64,000 bases of DNA from Clostridia bacterium (GTDB lineage Bacteria; Bacillota; Clostridia; UMGS1883): the NCBI GenBank assembly GCA_045546275.1, contig JAZQCM010000042.1:3864-67863 (forward strand), in the 5' to 3' direction. The translations under genes were made by a program, and so were the position numbers. This document shows, in pieces, positions 47,743-56,419 of the stretch (position 1 is its first letter; every line of letters starts with the position of its first letter). The notes beneath the pieces were generated by a model. It made no database searches. It saw only the letters and a list, made by a program, of their open reading frames with translations, and was not told where the DNA came from.

Positions 47743-48489
47743 ATGAAACTGGAAAAAGTGATTGCGGTAAGAAATAATAAAACAATTTACCAAGACGGAA
47801 ATTTGAAGATAAAAGTGTTTGACAGCAGCTACAACAAGACGGTGGTTCTGAACGAAGCTCTTAACCAGGCAAGAATTGAAGAAACAGGTCTTAACATTCC
47901 CAAAATTTTTTCTGTTGAACAGATTGAGGGTAAGTGGGCTATTGTTTCGGAATATATTGCAGGTAAGACTCTTGCACAATTGATTGATGAAAACCCTGAA
48001 AAAGAAGACGAATACCTTGAGCTTATGGTGAATTTGCATATTGAAGTTATTTCCAAGCCCTGCAGTATCATGAACCGACTTCATGACAAGCTGACAGAAA
48101 AAATTATGGAAAGTGACCTTGATGCAATTACACGCTACAATTTTTGCAGAAAAATTATTGAAATGCCTACTCGTACAAAAATATGTCACGGAGACTTTAC
48201 GCCTTCCAACATTACTGTGGCCGACGATGGAAAGGTGTATATTATCGACTGGTCCAATGCAGCCCAGGGCAACGCTTCGGCAGACGTTGTGAGAACCTGC
48301 TTGCTGTTAAGACTTTCCGGCAAAGAGGAAATGGCAAATAAATATTTTAATATGTACTGTGAAAAGAATGGTGCAGACAAAAATTATGCTAAGCAGTGGT
48401 TCCCGATTATTGCGGCGGCATTAAGCACCGATGCAAAGCAGGAAGATAAAGAAAAACTTTTGAACTGGATTAAAAATACCGATTTTTAA
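47743..48489 (+). CDS. APH/choline-kinase-fold phosphotransferase (PF01636-like).
   Basis: Brenner motif ICHGDFTPSNITV, followed by IIDWSNA. Start at MKLEKVIAV, with RBS aaaggagag upstream. Confidence 0.75.
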   Translation: MKLEKVIAVRNNKTIYQDGNLKIKVFDSSYNKTVVLNEALNQARIEETGLNIPKIFSVEQIEGKWAIVSEYIAGKTLAQLIDENPEKEDEYLELMVNLHIEVISKPCSIMNRLHDKLTEKIMESDLDAITRYNFCRKIIEMPTRTKICHGDFTPSNITVADDGKVYIIDWSNAAQGNASADVVRTCLLLRLSGKEEMANKYFNMYCEKNGADKNYAKQWFPIIAAALSTDAKQEDKEKLLNWIKNTDF

Positions 48490-48505
48490 TGAGAGGAGAT
48501 TTAAA

Positions 48506-48745
48506 ATGAAAATAACTGTGTGCATAGGAAGCTCGTGCCATGTTAAAGGCTCAAAGAGTGTGGTGGAAGAGCTGCAGAGACTCATTGGTGAAAATAATGT
48601 GGGCAATAAGGTTGAGCTTGGCGGAACATTTTGTTTGGGAAAGTGCCAGGACGGAGTTTGTGTTGAGGTTGAAAAAGAAATTTTTTCAGTTACTAAAGAA
48701 ACCGTAGAGGAATTTTTCCGAAAAGAGGTTTTGAATAAATTATGA
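48506..48745 (+). CDS. Thioredoxin-like [2Fe-2S] ferredoxin (paralog 1).
   Basis: VCIGSSCHVKGS...GGTFCLGKCQDG carries the four Cys pattern of Trx-like 2Fe ferredoxins (NuoE/HndA family). Confidence 0.7.
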   Translation: MKITVCIGSSCHVKGSKSVVEELQRLIGENNVGNKVELGGTFCLGKCQDGVCVEVEKEIFSVTKETVEEFFRKEVLNKL

Positions 48746-48987
48746 TTATTCAGATTTGCGTAGGAAGCTCTTGTCACCTCAAAGGGTCGTATGAGCTTGT
48801 TGAAAAGTTTAAAAACGCCATTGAAGCACATGACTTAGAAGCAGAAATCACCCTTGCAGGCAGTTTTTGCACAGGAAAATGCAACCGTGAAGGCGTGACG
48901 GTTTTGATTGATGATGAAATTTTTACAGGATTAACCCCTGATGGATTTAAGGAGTTTTTTAAAGAAAATGTATTAGACAAAATCTGA
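48742..48987 (+). CDS. Thioredoxin-like [2Fe-2S] ferredoxin (paralog 2).
   Basis: ICVGSSCHLKGS...AGSFCTGKCNREG. The start overlaps the stop of paralog 1 (ATGA). Confidence 0.7.
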   Translation: MIIQICVGSSCHLKGSYELVEKFKNAIEAHDLEAEITLAGSFCTGKCNREGVTVLIDDEIFTGLTPDGFKEFFKENVLDKI

Positions 48988-49004
48988 AGAAGGGAAGACA
49001 GTAT

Positions 49005-50681
49005 ATGCCAAAGTGCATGATATCCAAAAAAAGTGATTGTAAAAATTGCTATAAATGTATACGTAATTGCCCGATTAAAGCAATTCGTTTTTCGGGCAAC
49101 CAGGCACAGATAATCGGAAACGAGTGCATTCTTTGCGGTCGTTGCTACACAGTTTGCCCCCAGAATGCAAAAGAGGTTGTAAGTGAGGTTGAAAAGGCAA
49201 AGGTGCTTATTGCATCCGGCGATGAGGTTTATGTAAGCCTGGCGCCCTCTTTTATTACAAAGTTTGACAATGCGGGCATTGAGTCAATGGAAGAAGCCCT
49301 TAAAAAGCTTGGCTTTACAGGCTGTGAGGAAACTGCAATAGGTGCCACAATTGTAAAAAATGAATACGAAAAAATGCTTTCGACAGGCGATAGAAATATT
49401 GTTATATCCTCCTGTTGTCACAGCATAAATCTTCTTATACAGAAGTATTTTCCTAAGGCGCTTACATATCTTGCAGACGTGTTAAGCCCCATGCTGGCAC
49501 ACGGTGCCGATATTAAAAAACGCCACGAAAACGCAAAGGTTGTATTTGTTGGTCCTTGTATTGCAAAAAAGGATGAAGCTGAACATTACGAAGGCTTTGT
49601 AGATGCAGTGCTTACCTTTGAAGAATTGGAAAACTGGTTTAAAGAAGAAGGTATTGTGCCCGACAAGAATGTTATATCCTGTGAAAAATCAAGAGCAAGG
49701 TTTTTCCCTGTTACAGGCGGTATTCTTAAAACAATGGCGTGCAATGAAGAAAAGTACGAATACATTGCCCTTGACGGCATTGAAAACTGCATGGAAGTAC
49801 TCCGCGAAATTGAAGAAGGCAGAATAAATAACTGCTTTATTGAAATGTCGGCTTGTGTAGGTGGCTGTGTGAACGGTCCTGCTATGGGTAAAAAGGAGTA
49901 TTCGCCTGTTATCGATTTTATAGCGGTGAAAAATTTTGCAGGCGCAGAAGACTATGATGTTAATCAGCCTGACAGCTTCGATTTAAGAAAAATTTTCGAT
50001 TTTATAGAAAGAAGGTCACAAGAGCCTAATGATACTGAGGTTGAGGCTGTCCTTCGTCAAATGGGCAAGTTCAAGTTGGGCGATGAATTGAACTGCGGAC
50101 TTTGCGGCTACAACACCTGCCGTGACAAGGCAAAGGCTATTTGTCAGGGCAAGGCGGAAATAAGCATGTGCCTTCCGTTTTTGAAGGATAAAGCCGAAAG
50201 CTTTTCAGACACAATTGTTAAAAACACACCCAATGGTCTTATTGCACTTAATGAAAGCTTAGAGGTACAGCAAATAAACGAAGCTGCACAAAAAATGATG
50301 AATTTAAGATATGCATCGGATATTTTGGGTGAGCCTGTGGTGAGAATTCTTGACCCTAAGGACTTTGTTGATGTTTTAAATTCAGGCAGAGATATACGAA
50401 ACAAGAGAGTTTATCTTGCCGAGTACAAACGCTATGCTGACGAAACTATTGTGTATGACAGAGATTCAAGAATGTTAGTTGCAATACTTCGTGACGTTAC
50501 CGATGAAGAAACCGAAAGGGAAAAGAAAGAGTCTATCAGCCGACAGACCGTAGAGGTTGCAGATAAGGTTGTTGAAAAGCAGATGAGAATTGTTCAGGAA
50601 ATCGCATCGCTCCTTGGTGAAACAGCCGCCGAAACAAAAATTGCACTGTCAAAGTTAAAGGAGTCGATTGCTGATGAATGA
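49005..50681 (+). CDS. hydS: Putative sensory [FeFe]-hydrogenase (group C, HydS/HfsB-like). Domain order: a 2x[4Fe-4S] ferredoxin domain, the H-cluster domain, a Cys4 cluster and a PAS domain.
   Basis: CKNCYKCIRNCP and CILCGRCYTVCP. H-cluster motifs L1 SSCCHS (canonical TSCCP), L2 GPCIAKKDE, L3 EMSACVGGCVNGP. C-terminal CGLCGYNTCRDKAKAICQGK...C. PAS-like C-terminus (NTPNGLIALNESLEVQQINEAAQKMMN). Confidence 0.85.
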   Translation: MPKCMISKKSDCKNCYKCIRNCPIKAIRFSGNQAQIIGNECILCGRCYTVCPQNAKEVVSEVEKAKVLIASGDEVYVSLAPSFITKFDNAGIESMEEALKKLGFTGCEETAIGATIVKNEYEKMLSTGDRNIVISSCCHSINLLIQKYFPKALTYLADVLSPMLAHGADIKKRHENAKVVFVGPCIAKKDEAEHYEGFVDAVLTFEELENWFKEEGIVPDKNVISCEKSRARFFPVTGGILKTMACNEEKYEYIALDGIENCMEVLREIEEGRINNCFIEMSACVGGCVNGPAMGKKEYSPVIDFIAVKNFAGAEDYDVNQPDSFDLRKIFDFIERRSQEPNDTEVEAVLRQMGKFKLGDELNCGLCGYNTCRDKAKAICQGKAEISMCLPFLKDKAESFSDTIVKNTPNGLIALNESLEVQQINEAAQKMMNLRYASDILGEPVVRILDPKDFVDVLNSGRDIRNKRVYLAEYKRYADETIVYDRDSRMLVAILRDVTDEETEREKKESISRQTVEVADKVVEKQMRIVQEIASLLGETAAETKIALSKLKESIADE

Positions 50682-51846
50682 TCTTAGTGCTGAAATCGGT
50701 TACAAAAGCATAAACCATTACGGTGAAGAGCTGTGCGGAGACCATGTGGACATAATTGAGCAGGACGAAAACTCCACAGTTATAGTTTTGGCTGACGGCT
50801 TGGGTAGTGGCGTTAAAGCCAGCATCCTTTCCACATTGACATCAAAAATAATCTCAACAATGATGGCTGCAGGATTGGGAATAGAAGAATGTGTTAAAAC
50901 CATTGCTGCAACCTTACCGGTGTGCTCAGTCCGCGGTGTGGCTTACTCAACCTTTACCATCATACATCTTATTGACAGGGAAACTGCCGACATTATACAG
51001 TACGACAATCCCCAGGTTATCATTCTTCGAAACGGCAAAAATTACGACTATCCCAAAACCGAAATGAATATTGACGGCAAAAAAATATTCCGTTCAAGCA
51101 TTAAGTTGTGTGAGGATGATTTGATTATTGCAATGAGCGACGGATGTCCTCATGCGGGCATAGGAATGGCGTACAATTTTGGTTGGAAAAGAGAAGAAAT
51201 CATCGATTTCATGGAAATGATGAGCACCTGCGGATATACTGCAAAAAATTTATCCACCATTCTGGTGGATGAGTGCAACAAGCTCTACAACAATAAGCCC
51301 GGTGATGATACCACTGCGTGTGTTGTGAGAATAAGACGCCGTGAGCCTATGAATTTGTTGTTTGGTCCGCCATATAACCGTGACGACTGCAACCGTATGA
51401 TGGCTTTGTTTTTTTCAAAGGAAGGCAAGCACATTGTATGCGGCGGTACAACCAGTTCAATTGTTGGCAAGTACCTGGGCAAGCCTGTTAGGGCAAGCTT
51501 GAATTTTGAAAATTCCGATGTTCCTCCGATTGCAGAAATTGAAGGTGTGGACCTTGTAACTGAAGGCGTTATAACCATTAACAAGGTTGTTGAATATGCG
51601 AAGGACTATATCGGAGAAAACCGATTGTATGAAAAATGGAACTTCAAGCGTGATGGTGCGGCGCTTATATCCAGGCTTCTTTTTGAAGAGGCAACGGATA
51701 TAAATTTCTACGTGGGCAGAGCAATCAATCCTGCACACCAGAACCCCGATTTGCCAATAAACTTCAACATTAAAATGAATCTGGTTGAAGAATTGAGCAG
51801 TTGCCTTAAACAAATGGGCAAAAGGATAAAAGTGAGTTATTTCTAA
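50668..51846 (+). CDS. SpoIIE/PP2C-family serine phosphatase with a C-terminal ~190-aa domain of unknown function.
   Basis: GEELCGDHVDIIEQDENSTVIVLADGLGSGVKASI...MSDGCPHAG (PPM metal-binding Asp/Gly motifs). It overlaps the hydS stop. The C-terminal half (aa ~210-392) was not assigned to any domain. Confidence 0.8.
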   Translation: MLMNDLSAEIGYKSINHYGEELCGDHVDIIEQDENSTVIVLADGLGSGVKASILSTLTSKIISTMMAAGLGIEECVKTIAATLPVCSVRGVAYSTFTIIHLIDRETADIIQYDNPQVIILRNGKNYDYPKTEMNIDGKKIFRSSIKLCEDDLIIAMSDGCPHAGIGMAYNFGWKREEIIDFMEMMSTCGYTAKNLSTILVDECNKLYNNKPGDDTTACVVRIRRREPMNLLFGPPYNRDDCNRMMALFFSKEGKHIVCGGTTSSIVGKYLGKPVRASLNFENSDVPPIAEIEGVDLVTEGVITINKVVEYAKDYIGENRLYEKWNFKRDGAALISRLLFEEATDINFYVGRAINPAHQNPDLPINFNIKMNLVEELSSCLKQMGKRIKVSYF

Positions 51847-51858
51847 GGAGTATAATAT

Positions 51859-53301
51859 ATGAGAAAATTTGATACAAAGGTACAGCATCTTAAATATGAG
51901 GTGTTAAGGGAGGTTGCCCGTCAGGCGTGGGACGACACGCTTTTGGAAAACTACCTTGAAATACCCAAAATTATTGTGCCCGGCGAAGAACCCACAATGC
52001 GTTGCTGTATTAATAAAGAAAGAGCAATATTGGCAGAAAGAGTTAAGATGGCAATGGGCGGAACACGTGAAAACCCCAACAATATTGAGGTTTTGCCAAT
52101 GGCGTGCGACAAATGCCCTGCATCAGGCTATGAGGTTATAGCAGACAGCTGTCGTAACTGTCTTGCTCATAGCTGCGAAGAATCCTGTAAATTCGGTGCA
52201 ATATATTTTGACCACGACCACCGTGCGCACATTGACAAGGAAAAGTGCAAAAACTGCGGTCAGTGCGCACAAAACTGCTCTTTCTCCGCTATTGTGAAAA
52301 GGGAACGCCCCTGCATGAAGGCGTGCAAGGTTAAGGCTATCAGTGCTGAGGGCGGTAAGAGTGCATCAATTGATAACAGTAAATGTATTCAGTGCGGTGC
52401 ATGTGTTTACAAGTGCCCCTTCGGTGCTATTACCGACAAGAGCTATATTTTGAATGTTATTGATATACTGAGAAAAGGCAAGGAGAAAAACTACAGGGTT
52501 TATGCTGTTGTTGCGCCTGCAATCTACAGCCAGTTTAAGTATGCAAAGCTTGGTCAGGTGGTGTCGGGGCTAAAGGAATTAGGCTTCCACACTGTGGTAG
52601 AAGCGGCATTGGGCGGTGATATGGTAGCTTTGAAGGAAAGTAAGGAGCTTAGTGAAAAAGGCTTTTTAACAACCTCCTGTTGCCCTGCATTTGTGGCGTA
52701 TATAAAAAGTCAGGTGCCCGACATGGTGGAATATGTTTCACATAACTATTCTCCCATGGTGGAAATGGCGAAGTTTATTAAAGAAACAGACAAGGATGCA
52801 AAGGTTGTGTTTATTGGTCCTTGTACTGCGAAAAAGGGCGAAGCAAAGCTCGAAAAAAGCCAGCCTCATATAGATGAGGTGCTCACCTTTGAAGAATTGC
52901 AGGCACTTTTCGATAGCCGTGACATTGAACTTGAAAAGCTTTCTGAGGATGTTTTGAACAACGCATCCTATTACGGCAGAATTTTTGCCCGTAGTGGTGG
53001 CGTGGCAGAAGCTGCTGCACAGGCTTTAAAAGAACAGGGCATTGAATTTGATGCAAAGCCTCTTGTTTGTAACGGTATTGAAGAATGTATGAAAGCACTA
53101 TTGGTTGCCTCCAAAAAGTTAAAGGCAGGACAAATGCCCGAATATAACTTTATCGAAGGTATGGCTTGCGTGGGTGGATGCATTAACGGTGCAGGCTGTC
53201 TTACACATAGCGAGATGAAAAACAAAATGGATGTTGATAAGTACGGCAAAGAAGCTATGGAAAAAACCATTAAGGATGCAGTTGACGCTGTAACAATGTA
53301 A
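51859..53301 (+). CDS. [FeFe]-hydrogenase catalytic subunit (group B/HfsD-like) with an N-terminal accessory domain and multiple [4Fe-4S] clusters.
   Basis: Four Cys clusters (CDKCPASGY...CRNCLAHSCEESC, CKNCGQCAQNC, CIQCGACVYKCP). H-cluster motifs TSCCPAF, GPCTAKKGE and EGMACVGGCINGAG. Confidence 0.85.
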   Translation: MRKFDTKVQHLKYEVLREVARQAWDDTLLENYLEIPKIIVPGEEPTMRCCINKERAILAERVKMAMGGTRENPNNIEVLPMACDKCPASGYEVIADSCRNCLAHSCEESCKFGAIYFDHDHRAHIDKEKCKNCGQCAQNCSFSAIVKRERPCMKACKVKAISAEGGKSASIDNSKCIQCGACVYKCPFGAITDKSYILNVIDILRKGKEKNYRVYAVVAPAIYSQFKYAKLGQVVSGLKELGFHTVVEAALGGDMVALKESKELSEKGFLTTSCCPAFVAYIKSQVPDMVEYVSHNYSPMVEMAKFIKETDKDAKVVFIGPCTAKKGEAKLEKSQPHIDEVLTFEELQALFDSRDIELEKLSEDVLNNASYYGRIFARSGGVAEAAAQALKEQGIEFDAKPLVCNGIEECMKALLVASKKLKAGQMPEYNFIEGMACVGGCINGAGCLTHSEMKNKMDVDKYGKEAMEKTIKDAVDAVTM

Positions 53302-53302
53302 A

Positions 53303-53338
53303 AAAGTGGTGTTGCTATTGCAACACCACTTTTTGTTT
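53303..53338. terminator. Bidirectional terminator ending the hydrogenase operon.
   Basis: aaaaagtggtgttgctattgcaacaccactttttg. Confidence 0.75.
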
Positions 53339-53957
53339 ATCTTATAAAGTTTGTTCTTGCACCGGAATCGGGGGTGGGGTGGGGAATATTGTTCGCCTTG
53401 CCCAATTCAATGCACTTTAAAAGCCATGCCATGTTTTTGCCCAAATTACGCATGGTCTGCATGCCTTCCTCGTCCTTTAAAACATCCTCGGGGGTGGAGC
53501 CGTGAACCATGTTCCAGTAAGAGGATGAAACAACGGGCATGTTTGAAATGGTAAGGTGCTTACTAAGCTGGTCAAGGGTAGCCGAAGTACCGCCACGACG
53601 AGCCGATGCAATGCAGGCACCTAACTTATACCTCAAATCCTTTCCGCCTGCATAGAAAAGGCGGTCCATAAAGCTTGTTATTGCACCTGATGCGGAAGCG
53701 TAGTGTACAGGTGAGCCGAAAACAAAGCCGTCAAATTCACAAAGACGGGGAATGATTTTGTTCACAGCGTCGTTGTCGGTAACGCATTTGCCCATTTTCG
53801 AGCAATAGCCGCAACCCATACAACCCTTTGTGGTGTCGCCAACGTAAAGAACTTCTGTTTCAATACCTTCGTTGTTCAAAACATCGCCAACTGCTTTAAG
53901 GGCGGTGTATGTACAGCCTGTTTTGTGGGGACTGCCGTTAATAAGTAATACTTTCAT
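53337..53957 (-). CDS. Flavodoxin-like / iron-sulfur flavoprotein (NADPH-dependent FMN reductase fold with a Cys cluster).
   Basis: MKVLLINGSPHKTGCTYT...CMGCGYCSKMGKCV. Confidence 0.8.
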   Translation of the reverse strand: MKVLLINGSPHKTGCTYTALKAVGDVLNNEGIETEVLYVGDTTKGCMGCGYCSKMGKCVTDNDAVNKIIPRLCEFDGFVFGSPVHYASASGAITSFMDRLFYAGGKDLRYKLGACIASARRGGTSATLDQLSKHLTISNMPVVSSSYWNMVHGSTPEDVLKDEEGMQTMRNLGKNMAWLLKCIELGKANNIPHPTPDSGARTNFIR

Positions 53958-54022
53958 TTTTAATTCCTCCTGAAAAAAGCCTTTGAGAATATTATATTCC
54001 CAAAGGCTTTCAAAATCAATTA

Positions 54023-55402
54023 TTATTTAGTTTTTTTGTATTCTTTAAGTAACTTCAAGGGCTCTTTTGCCATGGGGAAGAGAACAATCATATTGAAGAT
54101 TGTCATCAAGGCAATACCAACGTCTGCCAGATCCCATACAAAGGTGTATGCAGCAAGACCGCCGATAAAGAGCATTGCAAGAGCGAAAACCTTATAAATT
54201 GTCTGGCTTGTCCAGTTGTCGCCGAAAAGGTAAGCCACATTACCTCTTGCGTAGAAGAGAATACCGATAAATGTGGATACACAGAAAAGAGCCAGAATGA
54301 TTGCAGTGAAGATAACGCCTGCCTGACCTAAATGGTGCCCCATTGCATAGGAAAGAAGGTCCATGCCCTCCAAACCTTCGCCACCGGGAGCAAGAAGGAG
54401 TAAAAGAGCTGTACAGGTACAGATAACGATTGTGTCGATAAACACGCCCAAGGACTGTAAAAGACCGCCCTTTACGGGGTTATCTGTATCAGCAGCTGCT
54501 GCTGCACAGGGAGCAGAGCCACTGCCTGCTTCGTTTGAAAACAAGCCACGCTTTGCACCCATCATGATAACTGTACCGATGCCACCGCCTGCAATTTCCT
54601 TTATACCAAAGGCTTCCTGAATAATGCGGAGTAAAACAGCGGGAACCTCTGTAATGTTAATTGCAATTACAACGAGTGTTATAACAAAGTAAATAGCAGC
54701 CATTATGGGAACGATAACATCCAATACCTTAACTGTTGCATCCTTTCTTAAAACGATAATAGCACAGATTACAACAAGAAGTATTGTTGTGTATAAGGGG
54801 TCAAAGCTGAATGCAGCCTTGAAACCGCTTGTAACGCTGTTACCGATAACCTGGCTTACGCCACCCCAGCAGATAAGACCGGAGATTGCAAAAAGGATTG
54901 CGATAATGCTCTTTCCGTCCTTACCCTTTTTAAAGAAATCGTGGATATAGTAGGCAGGACCACCACGGAAACCACCGTAAAGAGGGTCCTTTTCCTTGTG
55001 AAGCTGAGCAAGAGTTGCTTCGATAAAGGCTGTGGAGGAGCCTAAAATTGCTGTTATCCACATCCAGAAAACTGCACCTGCACCGCCCACGCTTACTGCG
55101 GCAACAACACCTGCAAGGTTACCCATACCAACTCGTGTTGCTGTTGAAACAACAAGTGCCTGGAACCCTGAAAGGCTGTTTTTGTCGTCAGATGCCTTCT
55201 TTTCGGTTGTTATGCGAATCATTTCACCGAAATAGCGGAAAAGAACAAAGCCTGTTTTAATTGTGAAATAGATACCCGAGGGGATTAAGATAAGCACTAA
55301 AAGAGAAATGCCTAAGCTTGAACCGCCGGGAAGGGGAATCTGAAACAAATCGCCCCAGAAAAGGTTGTAAATGAAGCTGATTATGCTTTGAATAGTAGTC
55401 AT
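54023..55402 (-). CDS. Alanine/glycine:cation symporter (AGCS family).
   Basis: A 459-aa polytopic membrane protein with AGCS N-terminal signature (...GGSSLGISLLVLILIPSGIYFTIKTGFVLFRYFGEM). Promoter TTGACT-17-TATACT upstream on the minus strand. There is no room for a riboswitch. Confidence 0.85.
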   Translation of the reverse strand: MTTIQSIISFIYNLFWGDLFQIPLPGGSSLGISLLVLILIPSGIYFTIKTGFVLFRYFGEMIRITTEKKASDDKNSLSGFQALVVSTATRVGMGNLAGVVAAVSVGGAGAVFWMWITAILGSSTAFIEATLAQLHKEKDPLYGGFRGGPAYYIHDFFKKGKDGKSIIAILFAISGLICWGGVSQVIGNSVTSGFKAAFSFDPLYTTILLVVICAIIVLRKDATVKVLDVIVPIMAAIYFVITLVVIAINITEVPAVLLRIIQEAFGIKEIAGGGIGTVIMMGAKRGLFSNEAGSGSAPCAAAAADTDNPVKGGLLQSLGVFIDTIVICTCTALLLLLAPGGEGLEGMDLLSYAMGHHLGQAGVIFTAIILALFCVSTFIGILFYARGNVAYLFGDNWTSQTIYKVFALAMLFIGGLAAYTFVWDLADVGIALMTIFNMIVLFPMAKEPLKLLKEYKKTK

Positions 55403-55520
55403 AAAATTTTCCTTTCTTATGTATTGAATTTTTTACGTATATAGTATATACTATGGCGTAGAACAAGTCAAATTGATAATATTTGTAAAAACTATCGAAG
55501 GATTCGATTGGAGGAAGGAT

Positions 55521-56399
55521 ATGGACATTAAAAATCTTACCACATTTATATATGTTGCGGAAATGAACAGCTTTACAAAGGCGGCAGAGGTTTTGGGCTA
55601 CACGCAGTCTACTGTGTCCTTTCAGGTAAAACAGCTGGAAAACCAGCTTGGCTGTCAGCTTTTTGAAAGAATAAACCACTCGGTAAGCTTAACCTCAAAG
55701 GGTAAAGAGCTTCTTGATTACGCCCATAAGGTAAAAAAAATGACTGATGAATTAAAAGACAGCATGAGTGACAGTGTACTCCCCTCAGGTCATGTTACTC
55801 TTGCAACAGCGTCGAGCCTTTGCGGCAGTATGCTTGAAAATTATGCAGATTTTTACAATGCCCACAAGGGCATAACCCTTAAGGTTGCAGAAGCAGGCAC
55901 AGGGGAAATGTTCAGAATGCTTGACCATAACGAGGCCGACATGATTTTAACCCTTGACAGCCACATTTATAATACAGATTACATAATTGCAAAGGAAGAA
56001 AGGGTGGGAGTGCATTTTGTGGCTAGTCCCAAAATGGATGTGCCAAGAAAGCTTACCCTTAAGGAAATTGTGCAATACCCCTTTGTGCTGGCGGAAAAAG
56101 GCATGAGCTACACCAGAATTTTCGAAGAAAAGCTCAGCGAAAAATCCCTTGCAGTCAAGCCTGTTTTAGAAACTGGCAACACCGATATTATGTGCGGAAT
56201 AATAGAGGGAGGCGTTGGGATTGGACTTTTGCCCGACTACGTAACCGAAAAACGGGTTAAAAAGGGCAGTCTGATATACCTTGAGGTTGAGGACATTGAA
56301 ATTGAGGTATGGAAACAGCTTTTGTATCACAAAAACAAGTGGGTTTCAAAGGAAATGGAAGCCGTTTTAAATTATTGCATCAAAAAAGAGTTTGCGTAA
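55521..56399 (+). CDS. LysR-family transcriptional regulator.
   Basis: MDIKNLTTFIYVAEMNSFTKAAEVLGYTQSTVSFQVKQLE (HTH). It is divergent from the AGCS gene. RBS ggaggaagg upstream. Confidence 0.9.
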   Translation: MDIKNLTTFIYVAEMNSFTKAAEVLGYTQSTVSFQVKQLENQLGCQLFERINHSVSLTSKGKELLDYAHKVKKMTDELKDSMSDSVLPSGHVTLATASSLCGSMLENYADFYNAHKGITLKVAEAGTGEMFRMLDHNEADMILTLDSHIYNTDYIIAKEERVGVHFVASPKMDVPRKLTLKEIVQYPFVLAEKGMSYTRIFEEKLSEKSLAVKPVLETGNTDIMCGIIEGGVGIGLLPDYVTEKRVKKGSLIYLEVEDIEIEVWKQLLYHKNKWVSKEMEAVLNYCIKKEFA

Positions 56400-56416
56400 T
56401 GCAAACTCTTTTTTTG
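56383..56416. terminator. Bidirectional terminator.
   Basis: aaagagtttgcgtaatgcaaactcttttttt. Confidence 0.7.
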
Positions 56417-56419
56417 TTA

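Noticed and set aside
47041-48189. Antisense ORFs 47041..47601 and 47740..48189.
   Set aside because: They are embedded in the ttcA-like and kinase genes and have no independent signals.
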